NCBI GenBank assembly: GCA_963693025.1
Contig: OY843749.1
Span: 2,711,208 to 2,775,207, forward strand
Direction: 5' to 3'
Length of the DNA: 64,000 nt
Source: Arenicellales bacterium
GTDB taxonomy: Bacteria > Pseudomonadota > Gammaproteobacteria > Arenicellales > Poriferihabitantaceae
This document shows positions 19,692 through 29,495 of the stretch, piece by piece (position 1 is the first letter of the stretch; each line of letters starts with the position of its first letter). The translations under genes and the position numbers were made by a program. The notes under the pieces are model-generated. The model saw only the letters and a program-made list of their open reading frames with translations, had not been told where the DNA came from and did no database searches.

Positions 19692-20162
19692 TCAGTTGGC
19701 GATGATTTTGTGGCGGTGGGATGACACGATTTGGGTGTTCACGCCGATGAAGTTGAGCCCGCCGAACAACCGCGCATGCTCGATTTTCACGCAGCGGTCC
19801 ATCACCACCTCCAGCCCGCCATCCTCGGCAATACGCGCCGCCTCGTCGCTGACAACCCCCAGTTGCAACCACACCACCCGCGCCCCAATGGCAACCGCCT
19901 GCCGCGCCAATTCCGGAGCGCTTTCGGGCCGCCGAAAGACATCAACGATACCCACCGGCTCAGGAATCGCGCTCAGTTCCGGGTAGCACTTCTCGCCAAG
20001 CACTTCCGCGTAATTGGGATTGACCGGAATGATGCGATAGCCGTGGTCTTGCATATACTTCGCCGCGAAGAAACTGGGGCGATACCAGTTGGCGGAAAGC
20101 CCGACCATGGCGATGGTGCGGTGGTTGCTGAGGATGCGGCGCAGGGTGGGGATGTCGGGCAT
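19692..20162 (-). CDS. CoA-binding protein (YccU-like)
   Basis: TIAMVGLS...RPS, GYRIIPVNP, VWLQLGV, VVMDRC.KIEH. Confidence 0.88.
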   Translation of the reverse strand: MPDIPTLRRILSNHRTIAMVGLSANWYRPSFFAAKYMQDHGYRIIPVNPNYAEVLGEKCYPELSAIPEPVGIVDVFRRPESAPELARQAVAIGARVVWLQLGVVSDEAARIAEDGGLEVVMDRCVKIEHARLFGGLNFIGVNTQIVSSHRHKIIAN

Positions 20163-20170
20163 GGTTATGT

Positions 20171-20474
20171 CGTCATTCTCGAATGATAGAAAAATAAGGA
20201 GCGACAGCGACTATATTTTTCATCACCTTCGGGAATCTCCCTAAGTCTACCGTGAATTTCAACAAAGCCCGTGCCAGTCTTAGGGAGATTCCCGAGGACG
20301 CAAGTGTCCGTAAGCCGCCGCTTAAAAGAAAAAGCGCGGCGGCAACGGACACTAACGCTCGAGAATGACGAAGTAGGGAGGGCGGCAAACGGACACTAAC
20401 GCTCGAGAATGACGAGTACTTGGGAATGACGAAGTAGGGAGGGCGGCGGCGGACACTAACGCTCGAGAATGACG
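20171..20474. repeat. REP-like repeat cluster 7
   Basis: Full unit in minus orientation plus two truncated end copies. Confidence 0.95.
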
Positions 20475-20480
20475 GCGAAA

Positions 20481-23400
20481 CTAAAACCGCATCTCCCCCT
20501 TAAGCCAAATCGCATGCTCAACCCCCACGCTGTCGCTCTCCTCCCGCTCCCCAACCAAGTTCAAGTCGAACAACGCACCCAGCCCCCAACTCAGACCTAA
20601 ACGATAATTCTGAACTTCCTCACCAAGCGCCATCTCGCCGTAAGGCGTCAGCATGAACGCCGTTGCGGGCAGGCCGTAGCCAACCCGCGCATTCAAGTGC
20701 GCTTGCAGGTCGGTTTCGGTGTCGTCGGACAGGCCGTTTTGCCAGATTTCCTCGGCGCCGCCGCCGTAAGCCTTGCCGGCGCTGCCATACCCCGGTGTCA
20801 GCGACAGCGACAGACCCTGCCCGTCAGCCCCCTGAGCCAGCCGCATATGACCGCCCAGGCCGATTTCGTCGTAGTCGCCGCTGTGGCTCATTAGGGCTCG
20901 GGTGTAGCCTTCCAGTGTTAGGCCGCGCTCCGTGTTTATGTAGCGTAGTGCGCCGCCGACCTCTATTCCGCCGCCGGTTTCGCCGTCGCCGCCGTCGTAG
21001 CGGTAGCCCAGTTCCATCGAGGGCTCCAGTAAGCCGCCGCCGACGGTGACGCCGGCTTTTCTGGCTTGTAGCGCCACGCGCACGCGGCGGGCGTCGGCTT
21101 TTAGTTCGGACAGGCGGCGGTTGCTCGACTTGCTGCCTTCCACTTCGGTGCGCGTGGTGAATGCTTCGGCGCGCAGGCGCAGTTCGCCGTCTCCGCGCGC
21201 CAGCAAGCGGCTGTTGCCGCCGACGCCGAGCATCTGCAGGGTCACGTCGCTGGTCACGCTCGTGTTGTTGGTTTTGTTGCGGATTTCCAAATCGCCGCTG
21301 CCAAAGCCGAGCGTCGCCCACCAATCCAGCCGCCCGTCCATCATGGACGTGCCGATATACGGGTGAACGCTGACCATGTCCAAATCGTAGTCGCCGCGCT
21401 CGCGCGTGTCGGTGGTGTCGTCGATGTAGCCCACGCGCGCCTCATTCCACGACAGCATCAAGCCCGCCAGCAGGTCGCTCTGCAGTTTGCCGTCGATGCC
21501 GGCATTCACGCTCAGCAAATCGCCGTCCCATTCAATGTTGCCGCTCTTGCCGCCGAGTTGGAGGAATTCGCCGCCACCCCACATCGCCGCGCCCGCGTCC
21601 AACATCCCGCCGCCGTCCGCTGCGCCGAGCGGCAACACGAAGTCGGAAGCGCCGAGCAATGCCTTGCCGTCAAACTCGTTGCCGTTATTCGCGCCCGCGC
21701 GCATCGCCTCAGCCGCCCACGCCGCCACCGAATACCCGCCGGGGCTGTCAATCCCGCCGGCGCCCGAGCGCGCCTGACCGACGCGCCGCGCAATCGCGCC
21801 GATCTGCCGGTCGCTCATCGCGCGCGTGACTTCCGGCAGGATGACGCGGTTGAGCGCGTCCGCCGCGTGGTCAGTGACGGTCTCGCTGACCGTCACCGCA
21901 ACCGCCCCGGCGGGGACGCCGTTGTAGTTCCCGCCGTGGGTCACCGCGTGCGTGATACGGGCGGTACCGCCGCTGACGCCGCGCACCTCAACCCTCTGCG
22001 GCGTCTCCCAGTTGGCGGCGCTGAAAACCAGCGGGGCGGAGACGGTCGCCACGGAAGTGTCGCCGCTAATCGGTCGTATCATCACATTGCCGCCGCCGGT
22101 CGGCGCGGCGTTCAGCGTCACGGTGTAACGCTCGGTGCTCTCCTGGTTCACGGCCAATGTGGGCGGGGTAATCGTCACCCCGGCGGGGAGGTCTCTCACC
22201 CTCAACGTCACCGTCAGCCGGGCAATGCTGACGTCACTCAAGCCGGGGTCGATGCCGCCGCCGGTCGCCGTGTGGGTGACGATGACTCTTTCGTCATCGA
22301 AGGAGGCATCCGCAATGGCGGTGACGGTAAACGCCTGCGGTACGTTCCAGTTGCCGCTGTCGAAAGTCAACTCGGGCGGTGACGGTGAAATCGTCAGTGG
22401 GTCACGGAGATCAACCACCGCCGCAATGATCACATTCTCGCCCGACGGCGGCGCGGCGGTCAGCACCGCGGTATAAATGCCGGGGCGACCGCCTTCATTC
22501 ACGGTCAGGCTGGGCGGCGAAAGGAGCACGACCGGCGCCGCTAGCACGGTCACGCGGAAAGTCAACCTGGCGGCATCGTCGTTGGCGAGGTTGGCGTCGG
22601 CATCCGCGGCTCTGTAATTCAACACCACCGCGTCCGCCACCGCGGTCGGCGTGCCGCTCAGCGTGCGCGTGTCGGGGTCAAAAGCGAGACCGGGCACGGC
22701 GGTGGTGGCCAGCGCATAGGTTTTGCCTCCGTTGCCGCCGGTCGCCACCGGCAGCACCAAATCGTCAATCGGGACATTGACGGTATAAACCTGGTCGGGC
22801 TGCGTGGCGGGGTCGAAGACCGGGGCGGTGTCGTTGGCGTCGGAATCCGCCACCTGCACGAGAACATCAGCCGCGGTGACCGAGCCGTAGCCGCTAACCG
22901 CGTGGCTAATCGTCGCGATGTCGTCGATCGCGTCGGTATCGGTGGCGGCGGCGACGCTAATCGCCTGCGCGATGTTCCAGGTGGAGGATGTGAATTCGAG
23001 CGCGCCGCTTGGAGTCAAAGTCAAATTGTGTCCCGTCGGCGCAACGCTCGGCGTAATGGTTACCGCACCGCCGGGGTCGGTGGTCAGCACCACGGTATAG
23101 GTGGCGCTGGCGCTATCCCCCCCTTCGTCCACGGCAAGCGTGGTCGTTGAAATCGTGACCGCGGGCGTTACGACAACCGCCGGCGGCACCATCACGGTGA
23201 TGCTGAACGTCAGGGTGTCGGTATCGGCGGCGGTGGTGGTGGCGTCGTTGTCGGCGGCGGTGTAGGTCAGCGTGACCGCCGCCGTCGCCGCGGTCGGCGT
23301 GCCGCTCACGACGCGCGTGTCGGCGTCAAACGCCAAGCCGGGGATGGCGGTGGCGATAGCCGGCGCCAGCGTGTAGGTGATGTCGCCGTTGCCGCCGGTG

Positions 23401-24533
23401 GCGGCGGGCAGCACCAGGTTGGCGATTGGCGTGCCGGTGGTGTAGGTCTGGTCGGGCTGCGTGGCGGGGTCTAAGACCGGGGCGGTGTCGGAGGCATCGG
23501 TGATGCGGAAAGTTTGCGGCGTGGCGCTGAATTCATAACTCGGGTGTCCCGTGAGGGTGACGACGAGGGTTTCGTCGTCATCGGACACCCCATCGTTCAG
23601 GAGACGGATGGGGATTCCGCGGGCATTTTGCCCGCTATACAGTTGGATGCTGCCCATCTCGGTGTTGGGGTCGAATCTGAGCACGGGTGCGAGTTCCCGT
23701 GTTATCACTTCGTAATCGGCGGTTGTGACAGTGCCGGAGATGGCGAATTCAACCACGGAGGAGAAGGGGCGGTGCGCGCCGTGTATATCCACTATCGCAT
23801 TGACTGTCTCGCCTTCTGTGGCGGGCGTCTCCATGGTTGTGCTTGCATCGCGGAGGGAAGCCTCGGTGCCGTCGTTGCCGGGGATGGTGTAGGTGAGACG
23901 GTTTTCTGTCCTGTGGGCTCCCCAAAAACTTTGACCGGTATCCTCCGTCCCAATATTTTGAATGTTCTGTACCCGAAGGGTGAGTGTTTCGGCATCTTCG
24001 AGCAAATCGTCATCATTGACCAGCAAGGTGAAGCCTATACGCCCCCCATCTCCGCTTCCTCTGTGTTCAACCAGGACATAGGCAGATTCCCGAAGGAAGG
24101 CGGGTGCAACATCGTAGTCCATGTTGCTGGGGCCCGATCTCTCTCGGAACACGGCGGTCGACTCGTCCCTGAGGGCGACTACCCTCGCTCGAACGGTGCC
24201 ACCCGTTTTGCCGTGAAAAGTGACGAAGCCTTGAATGGTGCCGCCTTCGGCGACCGACAAAGTATCGGCGGAGAGCGTCACATCCCCCGCCCTCACCGTC
24301 TGCGCCGCCGCCACACCGGACATCAACCCCCCCACCAACACCACAAAAAACCCCCAACCAACCCGCCGCATAACCGATTTTCCGGCGGACGGGGAAGGGG
24401 GCGGGGCAGCCCCTGCGGCGGCATCGCCCGCGCAACGGCGGGCATCGCCTGCGGCGGGAGCACCTGTGGAATGGGGGGCATTACCTGTGGGACGGGGAGG
24501 AGCGCTGATGGGGAGAGCCGCTTGAATTGCCAT
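20481..24533 (-). CDS. Autotransporter-like adhesin with Calx-beta/Ig-like repeats and C-terminal beta-barrel
   Basis: Signal-like MRRVGWGFF...VAAAQ (alternative start 24371), duplicated DTAPV.DPATQPDQ...LP.ATGGNG Ig modules, Thr/Ala-rich, barrel-like C-terminus ending in F. Confidence 0.75.
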   Translation of the reverse strand: MAIQAALPISAPPRPTGNAPHSTGAPAAGDARRCAGDAAAGAAPPPSPSAGKSVMRRVGWGFFVVLVGGLMSGVAAAQTVRAGDVTLSADTLSVAEGGTIQGFVTFHGKTGGTVRARVVALRDESTAVFRERSGPSNMDYDVAPAFLRESAYVLVEHRGSGDGGRIGFTLLVNDDDLLEDAETLTLRVQNIQNIGTEDTGQSFWGAHRTENRLTYTIPGNDGTEASLRDASTTMETPATEGETVNAIVDIHGAHRPFSSVVEFAISGTVTTADYEVITRELAPVLRFDPNTEMGSIQLYSGQNARGIPIRLLNDGVSDDDETLVVTLTGHPSYEFSATPQTFRITDASDTAPVLDPATQPDQTYTTGTPIANLVLPAATGGNGDITYTLAPAIATAIPGLAFDADTRVVSGTPTAATAAVTLTYTAADNDATTTAADTDTLTFSITVMVPPAVVVTPAVTISTTTLAVDEGGDSASATYTVVLTTDPGGAVTITPSVAPTGHNLTLTPSGALEFTSSTWNIAQAISVAAATDTDAIDDIATISHAVSGYGSVTAADVLVQVADSDANDTAPVFDPATQPDQVYTVNVPIDDLVLPVATGGNGGKTYALATTAVPGLAFDPDTRTLSGTPTAVADAVVLNYRAADADANLANDDAARLTFRVTVLAAPVVLLSPPSLTVNEGGRPGIYTAVLTAAPPSGENVIIAAVVDLRDPLTISPSPPELTFDSGNWNVPQAFTVTAIADASFDDERVIVTHTATGGGIDPGLSDVSIARLTVTLRVRDLPAGVTITPPTLAVNQESTERYTVTLNAAPTGGGNVMIRPISGDTSVATVSAPLVFSAANWETPQRVEVRGVSGGTARITHAVTHGGNYNGVPAGAVAVTVSETVTDHAADALNRVILPEVTRAMSDRQIGAIARRVGQARSGAGGIDSPGGYSVAAWAAEAMRAGANNGNEFDGKALLGASDFVLPLGAADGGGMLDAGAAMWGGGEFLQLGGKSGNIEWDGDLLSVNAGIDGKLQSDLLAGLMLSWNEARVGYIDDTTDTRERGDYDLDMVSVHPYIGTSMMDGRLDWWATLGFGSGDLEIRNKTNNTSVTSDVTLQMLGVGGNSRLLARGDGELRLRAEAFTTRTEVEGSKSSNRRLSELKADARRVRVALQARKAGVTVGGGLLEPSMELGYRYDGGDGETGGGIEVGGALRYINTERGLTLEGYTRALMSHSGDYDEIGLGGHMRLAQGADGQGLSLSLTPGYGSAGKAYGGGAEEIWQNGLSDDTETDLQAHLNARVGYGLPATAFMLTPYGEMALGEEVQNYRLGLSWGLGALFDLNLVGEREESDSVGVEHAIWLKGEMRF

Positions 24534-24616
24534 GGTCGTATGCTCGTCAAGGGTTAAAGAATACCCCCACAATGCCACACCGAACGCGCAAAGGCAAGGG
24601 CTGGGGTCCTACAACT

Positions 24617-24951
24617 CGTCATTCGAGCGTTAGCGCCCGTTGTCGCGTAGCGGCTTACGGGCGCTAACGACCTCGGGAATCTCGTCCCGTTTAGCGCTGA
24701 GCCCAAACAAAGTCGCCTGCTTCGCTCGCTTTGTTTGGGCTCAGCGCCAACCTTAGGGAGATTGCGCGTATCGTCCGTGATACGCGCCCTGCGGGCTACG
24801 CGAAAATCCGCTCCCGGCGGATTTTTCCCGAGGACGCAAGTGTCCGGTAAGCCGCCGCTTAAAAGAAAAAGCGCGGCGGCAACGGACACTAACGCTCGAG
24901 AATGACGGAGTCGGGAGGGCGGCGGCGGACACTAACGCTCGAGAGATGACG
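24617..24951. repeat. REP-like repeat cluster 8
   Basis: Variant B core, CCCAAACAAAG hairpin, 62-bp sub-module, variant A core. Confidence 0.95.
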
Positions 24952-25046
24952 GAGTAGGGGGGAATGCCAAAGCAATGCAAAAATGACACCACCCCCACCC
25001 CCAATATAAAATCCCCACACCAACCAACCCCCACCCAAAAACCCCA

Positions 25047-26690
25047 ATGCCCAACATCTACACCCAAAACCTCGACAAAACCCCCGCCAACCACGCGCCC
25101 TTAACCCCGCTCGGATTCCTCGAACGCGCGGCGGCGGTTTATCCTGAGCGCGTCGCCGTAATAGACGGCGCGACCACCGTTACCTGGGCGGAGTTGTATC
25201 GGCGTTGTCGGCGGTTGGCGTCGGCGTTGGTGCGGAAGGGTATTGGCAAAAACGACACCGTGGCGGTGGTGGCGCCGAACTCGTTGGCGATTTACGAATG
25301 CCATTTCGCCGTGCCGATGGCGGGCGCCGTGCTCAATACCATCAACACGCGGCTGGACGCGGACACCGTCGCCTTCATCCTCGACCACGGCGAAGCCAAA
25401 GCGCTGCTGGTGGACGCGGACTTGTCCGAACTCGCGCGCGCCGCGCTGCAAAAATCCGCCGTGGCGCCGCTGGTCATCGACATTGAAACCGGCGGTGCGG
25501 AGGCGGAGGCGCAACCGCAATCGCAGCGGGCGCGGGTCGGCGCGCTGACCTACGAAGAGGTTGTCGCATCCGGAGACGCGCACTACGAATGGCAGCCGCC
25601 GCAGGATGAATGGGACGCCATCTCGCTCAGTTACACCTCGGGCACCACCGGCGACCCCAAGGGCGTGGTCTATCACCACCGCGGCGCCTACTTGAACGCG
25701 GTGAGCAACATCGTCGGCTGGCAACTCCCGCACCACCCGGTGTATCTGTGGACGCTGCCGATGTTTCACTGCAACGGCTGGTGCTTCCCGTGGTCGCTGG
25801 CGGCGGTCGCCGGCGTCAGCGTGTGCCTGCGCGACATCAACTCGGCGAGCATCTACGCCGCCATCGCCGAACACCGCGTCACCCATTTCTGCGGCGCGCC
25901 CATCATCATGGACATGCTCATCAACGCCGCCGAACACGAGCAACGCGACTTCACCCACCGCGTCAACATGATGACCGCCGCCGCGCCCCCGCCGGCGGCG
26001 GTGCTGGCGGCGATGGAAGCCAAAGGCTTCGGCGTCACCCACGTATACGGCTTGACCGAAACCTACGGACCCGCGGTGATTTGCGCGTGGCACGATGAAT
26101 GGGATGAACTGAGCGTGCACGACAAAGCCGAAAAAAACTCGCGCCAGGGCGTGCGCTATCACGCATTGGAAGCGTTGGATGTATGCGACCCAAAAACCCT
26201 GCAACCGGTCGCGCGCGACGGCGCGGACATGGGCGAGGCGATGTTCCGCGGCAACATCGTAATGAAAGGCTACCTAAAAAACCCCGCCGCCACCGCGCGC
26301 GCCTTCGCCGGCGGCTGGTTCCACTCCGGCGACCTCGGCGTCATCCACCCGGACAACTACCTGCAACTCAAAGACCGCTCCAAAGACATCATCATCTCCG
26401 GCGGCGAAAACATCTCCTCCATAGAAGTAGAAGACTGCCTATACCGCCACCCCGAAATCACCGACGCCGCCGTAGTCGCCAAACCCGACAAAAAATGGGG
26501 CGAAACCCCCTGCGCCTTCGTCCGCACCACCAAAGACTCAACCCTAACCGAACAGGAAATAATAACCCACTGCCGAAAAACCCTCGCCCACTACAAAGCG
26601 CCTACTACGGTGGTGTTTGGGGAACTGCCTAAGACTTCTACGGGGAAGGTGCAGAAATTTAAGCTGAGGGAGAGGGCGGCGGGGTTGTGA
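25047..26690 (+). CDS. Acyl-CoA synthetase (AMP-forming)
   Basis: YTSGTTGDPKG, YGLTETYGP, GWFHSGD, DRSKDIIISGGENISS.EVE, PKTSTGK. Confidence 0.92.
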   Translation: MPNIYTQNLDKTPANHAPLTPLGFLERAAAVYPERVAVIDGATTVTWAELYRRCRRLASALVRKGIGKNDTVAVVAPNSLAIYECHFAVPMAGAVLNTINTRLDADTVAFILDHGEAKALLVDADLSELARAALQKSAVAPLVIDIETGGAEAEAQPQSQRARVGALTYEEVVASGDAHYEWQPPQDEWDAISLSYTSGTTGDPKGVVYHHRGAYLNAVSNIVGWQLPHHPVYLWTLPMFHCNGWCFPWSLAAVAGVSVCLRDINSASIYAAIAEHRVTHFCGAPIIMDMLINAAEHEQRDFTHRVNMMTAAAPPPAAVLAAMEAKGFGVTHVYGLTETYGPAVICAWHDEWDELSVHDKAEKNSRQGVRYHALEALDVCDPKTLQPVARDGADMGEAMFRGNIVMKGYLKNPAATARAFAGGWFHSGDLGVIHPDNYLQLKDRSKDIIISGGENISSIEVEDCLYRHPEITDAAVVAKPDKKWGETPCAFVRTTKDSTLTEQEIITHCRKTLAHYKAPTTVVFGELPKTSTGKVQKFKLRERAAGL

Positions 26691-26758
26691 TGTTTAATAA
26701 CAACTCCGATAAAACAAAGCCTTGTTATTTACGACAGTGTTGTTATTCATAACGGCGT

Positions 26759-27108
26759 CGTCATTCACAACAACTTCGTCATTTCGAGCGTTAGTGTCCC
26801 CAACTCCATCATTCTCGAGCGTTAGTGTCCGTTGCCGCCGCGCTTTTTCTTTTAAGCGGCGGCTTACCGGACACTTACGACCTCGGGAATCTCCCTAAGT
26901 TTAGCGCTGAGCCCAAACAAAGCGAGCGAAGCAGGCGGCGAGTAAGCCGCCGTTCTTGTGGTTTTTTGGGTAGGGGGCTTTGGTGAAGTCCACGGTAGCC
27001 TTAGGGAGATTCCCGAGGTCGTAAGCGCCCGTAAGCCGCTACGCGGCAACGGGCGCTAACGCTCGAGAGACGAAGTAGGGGGGAATGACGACGTTGTTGT
27101 GAATGACG
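26759..27108. repeat. REP-like repeat cluster 9
   Basis: Inverted A/B cores with internal hairpins. Confidence 0.95.
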
Positions 27109-27214
27109 GAATAAGTAAACGGGTGAATTTGTATATCGTCTGTTTGTCACCCCCCAAAACTGGCATACTCCACACATCCTCCTTAACCCGCCCGCCCCGC
27201 CGCAGAAAAATCCC

Positions 27215-28135
27215 TTGTTTGCCAATGCCTTCCGTATCGCCGGTGCTTTTACTCTGCCGGTGGTGATTTCCAGTCGATTGGGGAGTGGGGAGTGTGCTAG
27301 TGCGGTGGGGGCTTGTGTGGTGGTTAATCGGGAGGGGTGGGTGCTTACGGCGGGGCATTTGTTGACGGAGATTATGCGCCAGCAGGAGAGCGTGTTGCAG
27401 CATCAGGCGCATCGAAGCGGGGTTCGGCAACTGGAGCGGGACACGGTTGCCGACAAGCGTTTTCGCAAGTCCAAGGTTCGCACTTTGAAGCGCCCGACGA
27501 AGCGCTCGGTGCGCAATCATTCCACTTGGTGGGGGCGCGATGGCGCGCAGTTGCGCGATGCGACTTTGCTGCCCGCCGCCGACTTGGCGCTCGGGCGATT
27601 GCAGCCGTTTGACCCGGACTCGGTCGCGCATTATCCGGTGTTCAAGGAGCCGGACGCCGATTATGCGCCGGGGCGCAGTTTGTGCAAACTGGGTTTTCCG
27701 TTCCACCGCATCCAGCCGGTTTTTGACGAGGAACAGGGCGCGTTCGTCTTGCCGCCGGGCACGGTGCCGTTGCCGTTGTTTCCGCTGGAGGGCATCTTCA
27801 CCCGCGTGGTCGTTGCGCCGATGCCGCAGGCGGGCGGCGGCGAGGAGAGCCAGCCCGGCAAGTTCATCGAAACCTCCTCGCCCGGTTTGGTCGGGCAGAG
27901 CGGCGGACCCATCGTCGATGCGCACGGCGTGGTGTGGGCGCTGCAGTCGCACACGCGTCACTATTCGCTGGGCTTCAACCCGCCGGCGCCGGGGCGCGAC
28001 AAGGGCGAAAAACACGCCGAACACCAGTTTCTGAATGTCGGCCTGGGCGTGCACGCCGAATCCATACTGGGCTTCTTGAAGAGTCAGGGCGTGGCGTATG
28101 AAAGCGCCGGGGAAAGCCGCGCCGCCGGCAAATAA
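27215..28135 (+). CDS. Trypsin-like serine peptidase domain protein
   Basis: Catalytic triad contexts VLTAGH, ADLALGRL, GQSGGP. Confidence 0.75.
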   Translation: MFANAFRIAGAFTLPVVISSRLGSGECASAVGACVVVNREGWVLTAGHLLTEIMRQQESVLQHQAHRSGVRQLERDTVADKRFRKSKVRTLKRPTKRSVRNHSTWWGRDGAQLRDATLLPAADLALGRLQPFDPDSVAHYPVFKEPDADYAPGRSLCKLGFPFHRIQPVFDEEQGAFVLPPGTVPLPLFPLEGIFTRVVVAPMPQAGGGEESQPGKFIETSSPGLVGQSGGPIVDAHGVVWALQSHTRHYSLGFNPPAPGRDKGEKHAEHQFLNVGLGVHAESILGFLKSQGVAYESAGESRAAGK

Positions 28136-28341
28136 CCGCCGTCAGGTTGCCCGTGTGGGTGTGGGCGGTCGCTTTTCGCCCGGAGTTGTGGTATAAGGGC
28201 GGGACTTAAGCCAAATGCGGGCGCGAAAACTCGGCGGTTTTGGGCATTTATGCCGGCATTTGTCATGACGTGCGCGGGCGTTGTGAGCGACGCGTGAACC
28301 GCATATAATCACCTGACAGGCGCCGTTGGAGGCATATCACC

Positions 28342-29328
28342 ATGAAAAAATTCACCACCTATTCACTACTCGCCGCCGCGCTGGCGTGCGGCGGCATTCT
28401 CGCCGGCACCGGCACCGCCGCGGCGCAACAAACCTTCGTGTCCATCGGCACCGGCGGCGTAACCGGAGTCTATTATCCGACCGGCGGCGCGATTTGCCGG
28501 CTGGTCAACAAGGACCGCAAAAGGCACGGCATCCGCTGCTCGGTCGAATCCACCGGCGGCTCGGTATACAACATCAACACCATTCGCGGCGGCGAACTGG
28601 ACATGGGCGTGGCGCAGTCGGACTGGCAGTATCACGCCTACAACGGCAGCGGCAAGGAAGCGTTCATCAACGCCGGGCCGTTTAAGGAGTTGCGCGCGAT
28701 TTTTTCAGTGCACCCGGAACCTTTCACCGTTGTCGCGCGTGCTGATTCGGGCATCAAAAACTTCTCCGACCTGCCGGGCAAGCGCGTCAACATCGGCAAT
28801 CCCGGCTCCGGTCAACGCGGCACGATGGAAATCGTGATGGACGTCCTCGGCTGGAAGGAGAACACTTTCGCGCTCGCCTCCGAACTCAAATCCGCCGAGC
28901 AGAGTCAGGCGCTTTGCGATAACAAAATTGACGCGATGGTGTTCACAGTCGGTCATCCGAGCAGTTCGATTAAAGAAGCGGCGACCACTTGTGATTCCGT
29001 TATCGTGACCGTCGATGGCAAGGAGATCGACAAACTCGTGCAGGAAAACGATTACTACCGCTACGCTACCGTCCCCGGCGGCATGTATCGCGGCAATCCC
29101 AACGACATCAAAACTTTCGGCGTCGGCGCAACTTTTGTCACCTCAACCGCGGTGTCGAACGAAGTCATCTACGAGGTCGTCAAAGGGGTTTTCGACAACT
29201 TCGCGGACTTCAAGAAACTCCACCCGGCGTTCGCCAACTTGAAAGAAAGCGAAATGATTGTGGACGCCCTGTCCGCGCCCCTGCACGCCGGCGCGGTAAA
29301 ATACTACAAGGAACGCGGCTGGATGTAA
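28342..29328 (+). CDS. TAXI-family TRAP transporter solute-binding protein
   Basis: Signal peptide; [40 protein letters not shown]. Confidence 0.92.
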   Translation: MKKFTTYSLLAAALACGGILAGTGTAAAQQTFVSIGTGGVTGVYYPTGGAICRLVNKDRKRHGIRCSVESTGGSVYNINTIRGGELDMGVAQSDWQYHAYNGSGKEAFINAGPFKELRAIFSVHPEPFTVVARADSGIKNFSDLPGKRVNIGNPGSGQRGTMEIVMDVLGWKENTFALASELKSAEQSQALCDNKIDAMVFTVGHPSSSIKEAATTCDSVIVTVDGKEIDKLVQENDYYRYATVPGGMYRGNPNDIKTFGVGATFVTSTAVSNEVIYEVVKGVFDNFADFKKLHPAFANLKESEMIVDALSAPLHAGAVKYYKERGWM

Positions 29329-29350
29329 GCGTACTTTTCATTGCTGATTT

Positions 29351-29387
29351 GGGGCAAGGTCCGGGGGGGCCTGCCCCATTTTTTTTG
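29351..29387 (+). terminator. Probable rho-independent terminator
   Basis: GGGGCAAGGTCC..GGGCCTGCCCC hairpin followed by a T8 run. Confidence 0.65.
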
Positions 29388-29419
29388 TGGTTTAATGCCC
29401 GCATCCGACACTCGCACAC

Positions 29420-29495
29420 GAAATGATTAAGCCAAGCAGAAATGATTAAGCCAAGCAGAAATGATTAAGCCAAGCAGAAATGATTAAGCCAAGCA
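29420..29495 (+). repeat. Perfect 4 x 19-bp tandem repeat GAAATGATTAAGCCAAGCA overlapping the MTase start
   Basis: Read directly; the last copy supplies ATG 29480. Confidence 0.95.

Noticed and set aside
20481-24533. Diversity-generating retroelement target
   Set aside because: No reverse transcriptase and no TR/VR pair differing at adenines; the internal repeats are ordinary domain duplications.
26500-26700. Halo as a sequencing or assembly error near hairpins
   Set aside because: Changes are concentrated at synonymous positions with intact frames and conserved motifs, which implies filtering by selection; read-level confirmation is still advisable.
29420-29495. 19-bp repeats as mini-CRISPR or iterons
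   Set aside because: No spacers and no rep gene; a simple head-to-tail duplication of the gene start.
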